Shown piece by piece: positions 26,760 through 35,284 of a stretch of 64,000 nucleotides of DNA; position 1 is the stretch's first letter; each line of letters begins with the position of its first letter. The notes below the pieces were generated by a model. The model did not search any database, was not told where the DNA came from, and worked only from the letters and a program-made list of their open reading frames with translations. Position numbers and translations under genes: made by a program. Origin of the DNA: an uncultured archaeon (lineage in GTDB: Archaea; Aenigmatarchaeota; Aenigmatarchaeia; PWEA01; JAGHBM01); the NCBI GenBank assembly GCA_964584335.1, contig CAZOZN010000001.1, positions 293,351 through 357,350 of the forward strand. The letters run 5' to 3'.

Positions 26760-27409
26760 AATCAAAAATTGTATTGTTGGGGCCTCCCGGTTCAGGAAAA
26801 GGAACTTACGCTTCAAGGCTTGAAAAGAAATTTGGATGGCCTCAGATATCAACCGGTGACCTTCTAAGACAATCCGTGAAAAAAGATACGGAACTGGGTA
26901 AAGAAGCAAAAAAATACATGGACGAGGGAAAACTGGTTCCGAATGAAATAGTAATAAAGCTTCTAAAAGAAAGAATTTCGAAAGACGACTGCGAAGAAGG
27001 TTTTATTCTTGATGGTTTTCCAAGGTCTTTGGAACAGGCAAAAGAACTGGAAAAAATAACAGAAATAGAGCTAGTTATAAACTTGGTTGTCCCAAAGGAA
27101 ATAATTATACACAGGCTTTCTACAAGAAGAGTTTGTAAAAAGTGTGGAGCAATATACAGTGTAGCTTCAGCGGCTGTTATGCCTGAAGTTGAAGGAATTT
27201 GTGACAAATGCGGCGGTGAGCTTTACCAAAGAGATGATGACAAGCCTGAAGTTATAAACAAAAGGCTTGTTGTATACAAAGAACAAACAGCACCGCTTAT
27301 AGAGTTTTACACAGAAAAAGGGATATTAGAAAATATAGAATGTAATGATGCAGATTCTCCTCCGGAAATAACTGTAGAAAAGATAGCAAAAGTTATTGAA
27401 GAAAATTAA
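26756..27409 (+). CDS. adk: adenylate kinase, long bacterial-type with zinc lid
   Basis: MKSKIVLLGPPGSGKGT P-loop at an internal ATG of the track ORF. ISTGDLLR, ILDGFPR, lid CKKCG...CDKCGG. Confidence 0.9.
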   Translation: MKSKIVLLGPPGSGKGTYASRLEKKFGWPQISTGDLLRQSVKKDTELGKEAKKYMDEGKLVPNEIVIKLLKERISKDDCEEGFILDGFPRSLEQAKELEKITEIELVINLVVPKEIIIHRLSTRRVCKKCGAIYSVASAAVMPEVEGICDKCGGELYQRDDDKPEVINKRLVVYKEQTAPLIEFYTEKGILENIECNDADSPPEITVEKIAKVIEEN

Positions 27410-27739
27410 TTATTCTGCAATTGATTTTTTTAGTCTTTCAAGATGTTCTTCTGAAACTTCAACATTTCTTTGGTCTCTACCTACTTTATCAGAAAGTTCT
27501 CTGACCGCGGATTCCAGCTCTTTCATTCTTTTTTCAACTTTGCCTTCAATTGATTGCATATAAAGGTTCCTAGACCCCTGTAGAGCAAGTTTCACAAGTC
27601 TCTCATCCACGTTTTCGCCTTTAGCCTCCTCTTTAACCTCTCTTTCATCCCTTAGCTTGTTTATTTCCTCTGTATGAAGACTAAGTATTTCCTTTATTTC
27701 CCTTATTGCTACTATAAGCTCTATTAAAAATTTATCCAC
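27410..27739 (-). CDS. coiled-coil hypothetical protein (109 aa)
   Basis: Heptad-like charged sequence. The N-terminal DKFL.E segment is shared with the upstream 62-aa ORF. Confidence 0.45.
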   Translation of the reverse strand: MDKFLIELIVAIREIKEILSLHTEEINKLRDEREVKEEAKGENVDERLVKLALQGSRNLYMQSIEGKVEKRMKELESAVRELSDKVGRDQRNVEVSEEHLERLKKSIAE

Positions 27740-27751
27740 GATATCACCGTT

Positions 27752-27940
27752 TTATTTCTTTAATTCTTCAAGTATACTGCTCTTTACCTTACCTCCTCTT
27801 GTCTCTCTCATAACCTTTTCCATTATGTTAACTCTTTTCTGTAAAGTAAAAATATTCTTTTCCTGCTCTTCGAGCCTTTTGTTTATTATAGAAGTCATTT
27901 CCCTCAAGAACTTATCTAAAGACATCATTTCTTCTACCAT
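27752..27940 (-). CDS. coiled-coil hypothetical protein (62 aa)
   Basis: Small charged helical ORF on the same strand as the 109-aa ORF and immediately upstream of it. Confidence 0.4.
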   Translation of the reverse strand: MVEEMMSLDKFLREMTSIINKRLEEQEKNIFTLQKRVNIMEKVMRETRGGKVKSSILEELKK

Positions 27941-28013
27941 GTTAACTAATTGTTCAAAAAGAGATAAATATTAGTTTTAAAAGTTTTTTAAAAAGACACT
28001 ACATAATATTTTT

Positions 28014-28199
28014 ATGAACTTACTGGACATATCAGCCTTTGTTATAGAAAATAATATTGTCTTTCTCTGGGGGTTCATATTTCTAATAATCGGAATTTTC
28101 TTCGGTTACGTATTGGGATTATATAATTATGTTATAAGACACTGGGGAGAAGTCAAGCAGGTTTCTGAAGAAGTGCAGGAGAGAGGTAATAAAAAATGA
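28014..28199 (+). CDS. small single-TM protein (61 aa)
   Basis: One TM (VFLWGFIFLIIGIFFGYVLGLY). It is a paralog of the next ORF, with an ATGA overlap. Confidence 0.4.
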   Translation: MNLLDISAFVIENNIVFLWGFIFLIIGIFFGYVLGLYNYVIRHWGEVKQVSEEVQERGNKK

Positions 28200-28378
28200 A
28201 TCCCTTTTATGAGGTAAGAATATACATAGAGAACAACATATCAGCCTTAATAAATTTTGTAGGGGATAACAATCTCCTGATAGAAACCTGTGCGATAACT
28301 TTCTTTGTAGGTTTGGTTATAGGTTACCTTTTATCTTGGTACAAATATTTTTGGAAACACTTCATGTACAGAGCTTAA
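28196..28378 (+). CDS. small single-TM protein (60 aa), tandem paralog
   Basis: One TM (CAITFFVGLVIGYLLSWY) and the same architecture as the 28014 ORF. Confidence 0.4.
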   Translation: MNPFYEVRIYIENNISALINFVGDNNLLIETCAITFFVGLVIGYLLSWYKYFWKHFMYRA

Positions 28379-28418
28379 GGATTTAAAACTTTCTGTTCAA
28401 TAAGTAATAGGGATAATT

Positions 28419-30296
28419 TTGAAGCTTTCAAAGAGCGATTACAACTGTCTCAACTACTTTTCTTCAAAAATCAGACACTATATTATAGACGAGATAATAG
28501 AAGCTCAATCCGGTCATCCCGGGGGCAGTCTCTCGGCTGCGGACATAACATCTGTTCTCTACGGTAAGGAAATGAAATACGACCCAAGCAATCCAAAAAG
28601 ACCGGACAGAGACAGGTTAATATTCTCAAAAGGTCATGGTGTTCCGGCTCAATATGCGGCTCTTGCAACCACGGGTTACTTTGAAAAAGAAAAGTTAAAG
28701 ACATTGAGAAACTACGGAAGCCCCCTGCAGGGACATCCGGAAAAGTCAACTCCCGGAATAGATGCCAACACGGGGTCGCTTGGAATGGGATTATCCGCTG
28801 GATTGGGCATGAACTTGGGGAAATGCCTTGAAAAAAGAGACTACCATACATTTGTTTTAATAGGAGATGGAGAGACCAACGAAGGGCAGGTCTGGGAAGC
28901 ACTTGACCACGGTGCGGTACTCGAACTGAAAGACACAACTCCTATAATAGACAGAAACCAGTACCAGATAGACGGGCATATAAACGAAGTTTCTGCTGGA
29001 GATTTGGTAGAAAAAATAAGCTCTTTTGGCTGGGAGACCATAAAAATAGACGGGCATGACATCAATCAAATTTATAATGCACTCGAATACTCAAGGAACA
29101 CTCCGCATCCGACAGCAATAGTCGCAGACACAATAAAGGGAAAAGGAGTAAGTTTCATGGAAAATAATCCTTACTGGCATGGCAGACCGCCAAAGGGTGA
29201 AAAAGCAGAGATTGCAAAAAAAGAGATTGGAGAAGAAATAGAAAAATGGGGCAATTTGGTTGATGAGAATGAATGGAATGAATTTATAGAAAAAGCAAAA
29301 AACAAGCTTCCAAAAAAGATACCATACAAAAAATTCAGTAAGTATAATATTCCGAAAAAGGAAAGTTACGAAAAAGGAAAGCTATATTCAATGAGAACTG
29401 TTTCCGGTGACTACATCTACGAGATGGCAAAGAAAAATAAAGACATATGCACTATGGTATGTGACTTAAAGGATTCTGTAAAATTAACAAAATGCTGCAA
29501 TACAGGAAGGCATTCGGAAATCGGCATAAGGGAATCTCATATGTTCAGTTTTGCCTCGGGACTATCAGAAGAATATACCGTAATTCCTTCGACTTTTGAT
29601 GTATTCATACCAAAAGGTTATGACCAGATAAGAATGATGTCGAAATCAAAAGACAATGTAAAGATATACACTACACACGGGGGAGTTAATGTGGGTAAGG
29701 ACGGTTTCTCACACCAATCAAGAGTAACCCCTTTGCTGATGTATGACCTTCCGAATGTTAACACATGGGAACCGATTAAGCCAAGCGATATATCCCAGAT
29801 TTGGGATATAGAAATGGATAGAAATGGTATGGCTTACATAAGGACACCAAGACACAGGTCAAAAGAAACGGGAGAAAAATATTCAGTAAATAATTATGAG
29901 GGAGTTTATAAACTCAAAGAAGAAGAAAAACCTGATCTGGTTTTTGCCGGAATAGGTTACCTTGCGACCCATTGTTTTGATGCCTCAAAAGAACTGGAAA
30001 AAATTGGGATAAAATCAAAAGTTCTTGGAATAAACAACTACAAGCTTGCAAAGAAAAACAAAAAGTGGACTGAAGAAATACCTCCCGATGTTCCAGTAAT
30101 GAGTTATCATGATGCAACTTCTGTTCTGGCCGAAAATATAATAAGGGGTTCAATTCCATCAAAAAATAAAAATGAAATGTATTTCTGGGGAGTGGATGAG
30201 TTTGGGGAGTCCGGAGACATAAAAGACCTTTGGAAAAAATATGGCTTTGACAAAGAAAGTATGGTAAAAAGTGCAAGAAAAATAACAGGAAAGTAA
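28419..30296 (+). CDS. tkt: transketolase, N- and C-terminal modules fused
   Basis: GHPGGSLSAADI, FSKGH, GSLGMGLS, GDGETNEGQVWEA (TPP-binding module), then GIRESHMFSFASGLS (pyrimidine-binding module). TTG start. Confidence 0.85.
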   Translation: MKLSKSDYNCLNYFSSKIRHYIIDEIIEAQSGHPGGSLSAADITSVLYGKEMKYDPSNPKRPDRDRLIFSKGHGVPAQYAALATTGYFEKEKLKTLRNYGSPLQGHPEKSTPGIDANTGSLGMGLSAGLGMNLGKCLEKRDYHTFVLIGDGETNEGQVWEALDHGAVLELKDTTPIIDRNQYQIDGHINEVSAGDLVEKISSFGWETIKIDGHDINQIYNALEYSRNTPHPTAIVADTIKGKGVSFMENNPYWHGRPPKGEKAEIAKKEIGEEIEKWGNLVDENEWNEFIEKAKNKLPKKIPYKKFSKYNIPKKESYEKGKLYSMRTVSGDYIYEMAKKNKDICTMVCDLKDSVKLTKCCNTGRHSEIGIRESHMFSFASGLSEEYTVIPSTFDVFIPKGYDQIRMMSKSKDNVKIYTTHGGVNVGKDGFSHQSRVTPLLMYDLPNVNTWEPIKPSDISQIWDIEMDRNGMAYIRTPRHRSKETGEKYSVNNYEGVYKLKEEEKPDLVFAGIGYLATHCFDASKELEKIGIKSKVLGINNYKLAKKNKKWTEEIPPDVPVMSYHDATSVLAENIIRGSIPSKNKNEMYFWGVDEFGESGDIKDLWKKYGFDKESMVKSARKITGK

Positions 30297-30335
30297 AGCA
30301 ACAATCAATTTAAATATTTAAAATATTATTTCTGT

Positions 30336-30977
30336 TTGATGACAGTAAAAGATGTTTTGCAAAACTTTAGCGAGGCAGACCTAATATGCTATCCGGAAAT
30401 AGTGGACCTTGAAGTTTATAGGGAATTTTTAAAACCAAATATTGAACCCAGAGAAGAACCAAACGGCATGGTTGTTGGTGCCTTGTTTGACTGGGAGGCA
30501 TCAGTAATTAAGAATTTCTTTGAAAGGGAATACGGCATAAAAAAAGAAAAAACAAAAGTGGCAGGTTGCAGCCTTGAAAACAGAACTATTTTCAATAAGG
30601 AAAAGGCTTTTGACTACCTAAAAACAGGAAGAATAGAGGGTGATGCATCATACTGCAATCTTTGGCTGGATTCTTTGAACAAAATGAAAATTAAAAATTT
30701 CAGTTATGATTTAGTTTCAATAAGAAACCCTGACCTTGTAAATATTGATAACTGGACAAAGGTTTATCTAAAGTCATTGGAATACCTTGAGCCAAAAGAA
30801 GGAGCACTAATTACCTTGATAAGAGAAGAAGACGTTGAAAGATATGAAAAAGTAGAAAAAAATATAAAAAAAATATCAGGAATAGAACCTGTTTTATATG
30901 GTGAAACAGGAGTAGAGTATAAAGACGCTTGGATTAACCCACAGCACACAATAGGCATATTTAAGAACTCCTATTGA
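30336..30977 (+). CDS. hypothetical protein (213 aa)
   Basis: Clean ORF with no confident motif. Confidence 0.5.
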   Translation: MMTVKDVLQNFSEADLICYPEIVDLEVYREFLKPNIEPREEPNGMVVGALFDWEASVIKNFFEREYGIKKEKTKVAGCSLENRTIFNKEKAFDYLKTGRIEGDASYCNLWLDSLNKMKIKNFSYDLVSIRNPDLVNIDNWTKVYLKSLEYLEPKEGALITLIREEDVERYEKVEKNIKKISGIEPVLYGETGVEYKDAWINPQHTIGIFKNSY

Positions 30978-31022
30978 CTAAACCTTAAATAATACCGACA
31001 CTAATTTTCTCTGGGTGTTTAA

Positions 31023-32744
31023 ATGAGCGATAACATAAGACAGCCTATAATATCTGTACTGGGACATGTAGACCATGGAAAAACAACAATATTAGACAAT
31101 ATAAGAAAGAGTACAGTAGCATCCGGCGAGGCGGGAGGCATAACCCAGCACATAGGAGCAACTGAAATACCGCTTGATATAATAAAAAAAATATGCGGCT
31201 GTCTCGTTGACAAGAGCAAAATAAAAATACCGGGCCTTCTCTTTATAGACACTCCGGGACACGAAGCATTTACAACACTCAGAAAAAGAGGCGGTAGCAT
31301 AGCAGACCTGGCAGTTCTCGTAGTTGACGTTAATGACGGTTTCAAGCCTCAGACAGAAGAAAGCTTAATGTTTCTAAAAGAATTTAAAACACCATTCGTA
31401 ATAGCAGCCAATAAAATCGATACTATTATGGGGTGGAAAAACAACAATACAAAGTCTTTTACAGAATCTTACAACAAACAAAGTGATTCCGTAAAGAGAG
31501 AACTCGACAATAAAGTTTATAATATATTGGGTTCTTTAAGTGAAAAAAGCATAAACTCCGAGAGATTTGACAGGGTATCGGACTTTAAAAACACCGTAGC
31601 AATAGTTCCCGTATCAGGTATAACAGGAGAAGGCATAGGAGAACTTTTGATGACTCTGATAGGATTATCCCAGCACTTTTTAAAAAATAAGATAGAGGTA
31701 AAAGAAAATAACGGTTATGGTAACGTTCTAGAAATAAAAGAAGTAAAGGGACTGGGAAAAACCTTGGATATTATACTATACGACGGTAAAATAGAGAAAG
31801 GAGATTTCCTTGTAATAGGAGCGGAAGAGCCCATAGTAACAACCGTAAAGGCGCTACTAAAACCGAGAGAGATGGGAGAACTGAGAGTAGAAAAGAAGTT
31901 CAACTACATAGACAGTGTCACTGCAGCTTCTGGGATAAAAATAGCAGCTCCAAACATAGACTGTGTAATACCCGGCTCTCCCATAAGGACTTGCAAAAAA
32001 GAACATCTGGAAATAATGAAAGAAGAACTCAGAAAGGAGGTAGAATCAGTAGAAATAGAAACAGAAAAAGAAGGCGTAATGATAAAGGCTGACACGCTGG
32101 GTTCTTTAGAAGGCTTGATAAAGGTGTTGAAGGATAAGGAAATACCCATAAGAAAAGCAAAGATAGGTTGCGTAAATAAGTGCGATACTATGGAGATGAA
32201 TTCTCTTAGGGACACGATAAACAGAGTAATTTTTGCTTTCAATGTAAGTGTACTGCCCGAAGCAAAGGATTGTGAAAATGTTAAGATTTTTGAAAGCCCT
32301 ATAATATACAAACTAATAGAAAATTATGAAGACTGGAAAGAGGAAAAGAAAAACGAGAAAGAGAGAAAGAAACTTTCAAGCGTAACCAGACCCGGCAAGA
32401 TAAAAATACTTCCGGGATATATATTCAGAGCTTCGAATCCTGCAATTGTAGGAGTTGATGTGGTTGGTGGTGTTATAAAACCGGGTTATTCTCTTGTCAA
32501 AGAGGGGAAAATAGTTGGAAGTATAAAACAAATACAGAAAGAAGGATGTAATGTCTCAGAGGCAAAATACGGGGATAAGCTGGCTGTTTCTATAGAAGGT
32601 CCCACGGTAGGCAGGCAGATAAAAGAAGGCGACGAACTCTACAATGCAATGAGCAGGGAAAATATGAAAAAACTTGAAGAAATGAAAAATTTGCTATCTA
32701 AAACTGAATTGGATGTACTTGAAGAAGTAAAAGACATGATTTAA
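31023..32744 (+). CDS. infB: translation initiation factor aIF5B (IF2-type GTPase)
   Basis: RQPIISVLGHVDHGKTTILD, DTPGHEAF, ANKID. Four-domain length of 573 aa. Confidence 0.9.
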   Translation: MSDNIRQPIISVLGHVDHGKTTILDNIRKSTVASGEAGGITQHIGATEIPLDIIKKICGCLVDKSKIKIPGLLFIDTPGHEAFTTLRKRGGSIADLAVLVVDVNDGFKPQTEESLMFLKEFKTPFVIAANKIDTIMGWKNNNTKSFTESYNKQSDSVKRELDNKVYNILGSLSEKSINSERFDRVSDFKNTVAIVPVSGITGEGIGELLMTLIGLSQHFLKNKIEVKENNGYGNVLEIKEVKGLGKTLDIILYDGKIEKGDFLVIGAEEPIVTTVKALLKPREMGELRVEKKFNYIDSVTAASGIKIAAPNIDCVIPGSPIRTCKKEHLEIMKEELRKEVESVEIETEKEGVMIKADTLGSLEGLIKVLKDKEIPIRKAKIGCVNKCDTMEMNSLRDTINRVIFAFNVSVLPEAKDCENVKIFESPIIYKLIENYEDWKEEKKNEKERKKLSSVTRPGKIKILPGYIFRASNPAIVGVDVVGGVIKPGYSLVKEGKIVGSIKQIQKEGCNVSEAKYGDKLAVSIEGPTVGRQIKEGDELYNAMSRENMKKLEEMKNLLSKTELDVLEEVKDMI

Positions 32745-32745
32745 T

Positions 32746-33036
32746 CTAGTTATGTAATTCATTAAAATGATACTTGTCCAACTTAATAAACTCGTTCTTA
32801 CTAAGCTTAATTTTGTCAGAGCTTACGTATCCGTTGTTCTTGTTTGAGGTTTCGTAAAATTCTTTTTCAGTCTTTTCAAGGCCGTCCTCAAGAGACCAAC
32901 AGAACTTAAGAAGAGGCTTCCTGTCCTTTTCTACAAATCCCCTAATCTTTTCAATTTCACCTTTCCTTCTCTTCATTAGAGTTTCGTAGTCAACAATTTC
33001 ATACTTAACGAAATAATCCGTATCCATTATCATCAC
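32746..33036 (-). CDS. hypothetical protein (96 aa)
   Basis: ORF only, no motif recognised. Confidence 0.4.
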   Translation of the reverse strand: MMIMDTDYFVKYEIVDYETLMKRRKGEIEKIRGFVEKDRKPLLKFCWSLEDGLEKTEKEFYETSNKNNGYVSSDKIKLSKNEFIKLDKYHFNELHN

Positions 33037-33120
33037 CTAAATTTACAGAATCAAAAGTATGTAAAGAAAGGTATTTAAAACTATTGATAAAAACAAACCT
33101 GGTCCAAAAAATTAAAGGAC

Positions 33121-33339
33121 CTAAAGTTTATGGTAATTATATTCTGTTTGATTTTCTTTATCGTATACAACAGCACTCTTGAATTGGCCATTATCGTATA
33201 AATTTTGTCCGAATTTGTTTTCGAGGTTGTATATCTTATTCCATTCTCCAACTACCTCACCGAATGTACCAATATGTTTATTAATTTCGTTGAGCCTGTC
33301 GCCAAACTTGTCCGAAACAACAGAGTATTCTTTTTCCAT
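33121..33339 (-). CDS. hypothetical protein (72 aa)
   Basis: ORF only, no motif recognised. Confidence 0.4.
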   Translation of the reverse strand: MEKEYSVVSDKFGDRLNEINKHIGTFGEVVGEWNKIYNLENKFGQNLYDNGQFKSAVVYDKENQTEYNYHKL

Positions 33340-33427
33340 TATTTACCACCCCACAGTAACAGTATTAGTAAAACTGGTATATAAAGTTAACTGTTACCTA
33401 AAAGTAGTGAAATATATATACTATAAT

Positions 33428-33967
33428 ATGCAAACAATAAATGATAATATGGTAAAAGGAGAGCCAAAAATTGTTGCAAGAAAAATATTGGAAGTGCCGG
33501 AAACCAAAAGATGGTTAATCGAGGTACCTTTAAAGGTTTATCGTTTTGACTCAGGCAGAGACCCGGAAGGATACAGACACCTCGAAGAATCTGCAAAAAA
33601 GTCTATTGAAATGATGGCCGAATCAGGAAATTTGTGTGAAGTTGGAATAGGTTCCGTATACGGTTATGAAACAAAAGAAGGTTATGTAGATGGTGCGGCA
33701 CTGGGTTTTATAAGAAAAAATCCTAGAAACAAAACCAACCCCATGTACCATCCTTGGACATGGGAAAACGGAAGAGAGCTTCACGTTGGCAAAGAAGGCT
33801 CTAACTGCAGAAAAGAAGTAGCCGATATAATAAGCTCGGAAATTAATTTTCACAGGGAATGTGACGGATATTTGTACAGATATTTGTCTGAATTTGCATG
33901 TCAAACTGATTTAGAGTTCGAAGATATTGAAAGGGGAGACAATCCTTTCTCTTTAGAAAAAGCTTAA
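33428..33967 (+). CDS. hypothetical protein (179 aa)
   Basis: Start moved to the internal ATG (MQTINDNMVKG...). The upstream part of the track ORF is antisense to the 33121-33339 gene and hydrophobic low-complexity. Confidence 0.5.
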   Translation: MQTINDNMVKGEPKIVARKILEVPETKRWLIEVPLKVYRFDSGRDPEGYRHLEESAKKSIEMMAESGNLCEVGIGSVYGYETKEGYVDGAALGFIRKNPRNKTNPMYHPWTWENGRELHVGKEGSNCRKEVADIISSEINFHRECDGYLYRYLSEFACQTDLEFEDIERGDNPFSLEKA

Positions 33968-33991
33968 ATATCTTTTGACTTAATTGTCTAC

Positions 33992-34519
33992 ATGCAAAAA
34001 AATTCCATAATTGTCGGTTTTGGACCTGAAGATATGGAAAAAAATGAATATAGGAACTTGTACAAAGACAAATTTAATTCTCTTTTTGCTACAAAGAAGA
34101 AAGCTAAAGAAATAGACAGTGTGAGCGCATTTTATGATGAATTGTTTTTAAAAAAATACGTTCAAAAGGACGCGAAAATGGCTGTCTGGGACGGACCGGA
34201 TAAAAGACATCTTTATGCAAGAGACTCTATGCTAGACAGCGCGGTATATGTTGATTATCTGGACGAGACGCCCTTTGCTGAATTTCGCTTTTTAAGGGAT
34301 AAGAGTGGTAAAGATTTGATTAGAAAAGATATAGAAAAATTCTATGAAGATTTGGGATTCGGATTCAAAACTTACGAGCTGCCCGAGGAACAATTTTCAA
34401 AAATAAGAAACGAAATGATAGAAAAAAAGGACTTTTGCATAGTCTGTTATACAGTTAAAAACGGCGGGTATGAAGCTAGAATGCTTGATGAATCATGCAA
34501 TTTTAGAAATTCTAATTAA
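33992..34519 (+). CDS. hypothetical protein (175 aa)
   Basis: ORF only, no motif recognised. Confidence 0.5.
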   Translation: MQKNSIIVGFGPEDMEKNEYRNLYKDKFNSLFATKKKAKEIDSVSAFYDELFLKKYVQKDAKMAVWDGPDKRHLYARDSMLDSAVYVDYLDETPFAEFRFLRDKSGKDLIRKDIEKFYEDLGFGFKTYELPEEQFSKIRNEMIEKKDFCIVCYTVKNGGYEARMLDESCNFRNSN

Positions 34520-34538
34520 AACAAATATCCCAAAAATC

Positions 34539-34547
34539 TTTAAATAT
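34539..34547 (+). promoter_or_regulatory. TATA-box-like element upstream of rps6e
   Basis: tttaaatat 47 nt upstream of the ATG, the same geometry as upstream of rpl7ae. GAAGGTG SD lies in the leader. Confidence 0.3.
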
Positions 34548-34585
34548 ATAACTAAATTAATGTATGAAGTATTGAAGGTGTTAAA

Positions 34586-35212
34586 ATGTTTAAATTTATT
34601 ATACCGTTAAAAGAGGGGAAATCTACTCAGATTGAGAAAGACGCACCATCGCTTACGGGAATGAAGATGGGAGAAAAATTTGACGGTTCAATTATAGGAC
34701 TTACAGACTATACATTGCAGATATCAGGAGGTAGTGATAAGGAAGGTTTTCCTATGAGAAAAGATTTGCCCGGAACAGGTAGAAAAAGAGCACTTCTTGT
34801 TGGCGGAGTAGGCTGTAAAGGAAGGAAAAAGGGAATTAGAATAAGAAAGACCGTAAGAGGCAACAGAATAGGAGAAGATATATCCCAAATAAACATAAAA
34901 ATAGTAGAAAAAGGCAAAAAGAGTGTTGAAGAACTTCTTGGCTTGGAGAAAGAGGAGAAGCCTAAAGAAGAGCCGGACAAAAAAGAATCTAAAGAAGAAG
35001 AAAAGAAACCAGAGAAGGAAGAAAAACCTGAAGAGAAGAAAGAGGAAAAACCTGAAAAAGAGCCTGAGGAAAAGAAAGAAGAACCAAAAAAAGAGGAAAA
35101 GAAAGAGAAAAAGGATAAAGAAAAAGAAGAACCAAAAAAGGAAACTTCCAAAGAGGACAAGAAAACAGAAAAGAAAGAAGAACCCAAGGAAGAAAAGGAT
35201 GAGAAAAAGTAG
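34586..35212 (+). CDS. rps6e: ribosomal protein S6e with ~85-aa Lys/Glu/Pro-rich C-terminal tail
   Basis: LQISGGSDKEGFPMRKDLPGTGRKRALL...GIRIRKTVRGN core (S6e). The tail starts after ..VEELLGL. Confidence 0.85.
   Translation: MFKFIIPLKEGKSTQIEKDAPSLTGMKMGEKFDGSIIGLTDYTLQISGGSDKEGFPMRKDLPGTGRKRALLVGGVGCKGRKKGIRIRKTVRGNRIGEDISQINIKIVEKGKKSVEELLGLEKEEKPKEEPDKKESKEEEKKPEKEEKPEEKKEEKPEKEPEEKKEEPKKEEKKEKKDKEKEEPKKETSKEDKKTEKKEEPKEEKDEKK
34955..35181 (+). repeat. KE/P-tail cassette, copy 1 (inside rps6e)
   Basis: Hand alignment to 44475-44698 gives 4 G/A substitutions plus one 3-nt indel over 227/224 nt. Confidence 0.9.
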
Positions 35213-35284
35213 CTAATTCTAGCTTAACGGCTTCTTTATGCAAACTTATAAAAGCCTTAATACATTAATCTTTAAAGTGTTTTT

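Noticed and set aside
28483-29069. Minus-strand ORFs 28483-28938, 28841-29065, 28857-29069 inside transketolase
   Set aside because: They are antisense to a gene with strong TPP-binding motifs and have no independent support.
33179-33427. 5' extension of the 33179-33967 track ORF
   Set aside because: It is antisense to the 33121-33339 ORF, hydrophobic and low-complexity. The internal ATG at 33428 gives a compact gene after an AT-rich promoter-like spacer.
34955-35181. KE-cassette repeats as a CRISPR array, transposon end or other mobile-element repeat
   Set aside because: Only two copies exist, 9.5 kb apart. Both are in-frame inside ribosomal protein genes. There is no spacer-repeat periodicity, no inverted termini, and no transposase or integrase anywhere in the window.
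34708-35243. ORFs 34708-35187(-), 34923-35216(+, alternative frame), 34989-35243(-)
   Set aside because: All lie within the KE-tail of rps6e. GAA/AAG repeats stay open in several frames. Only the S6e frame continues from a conserved core.
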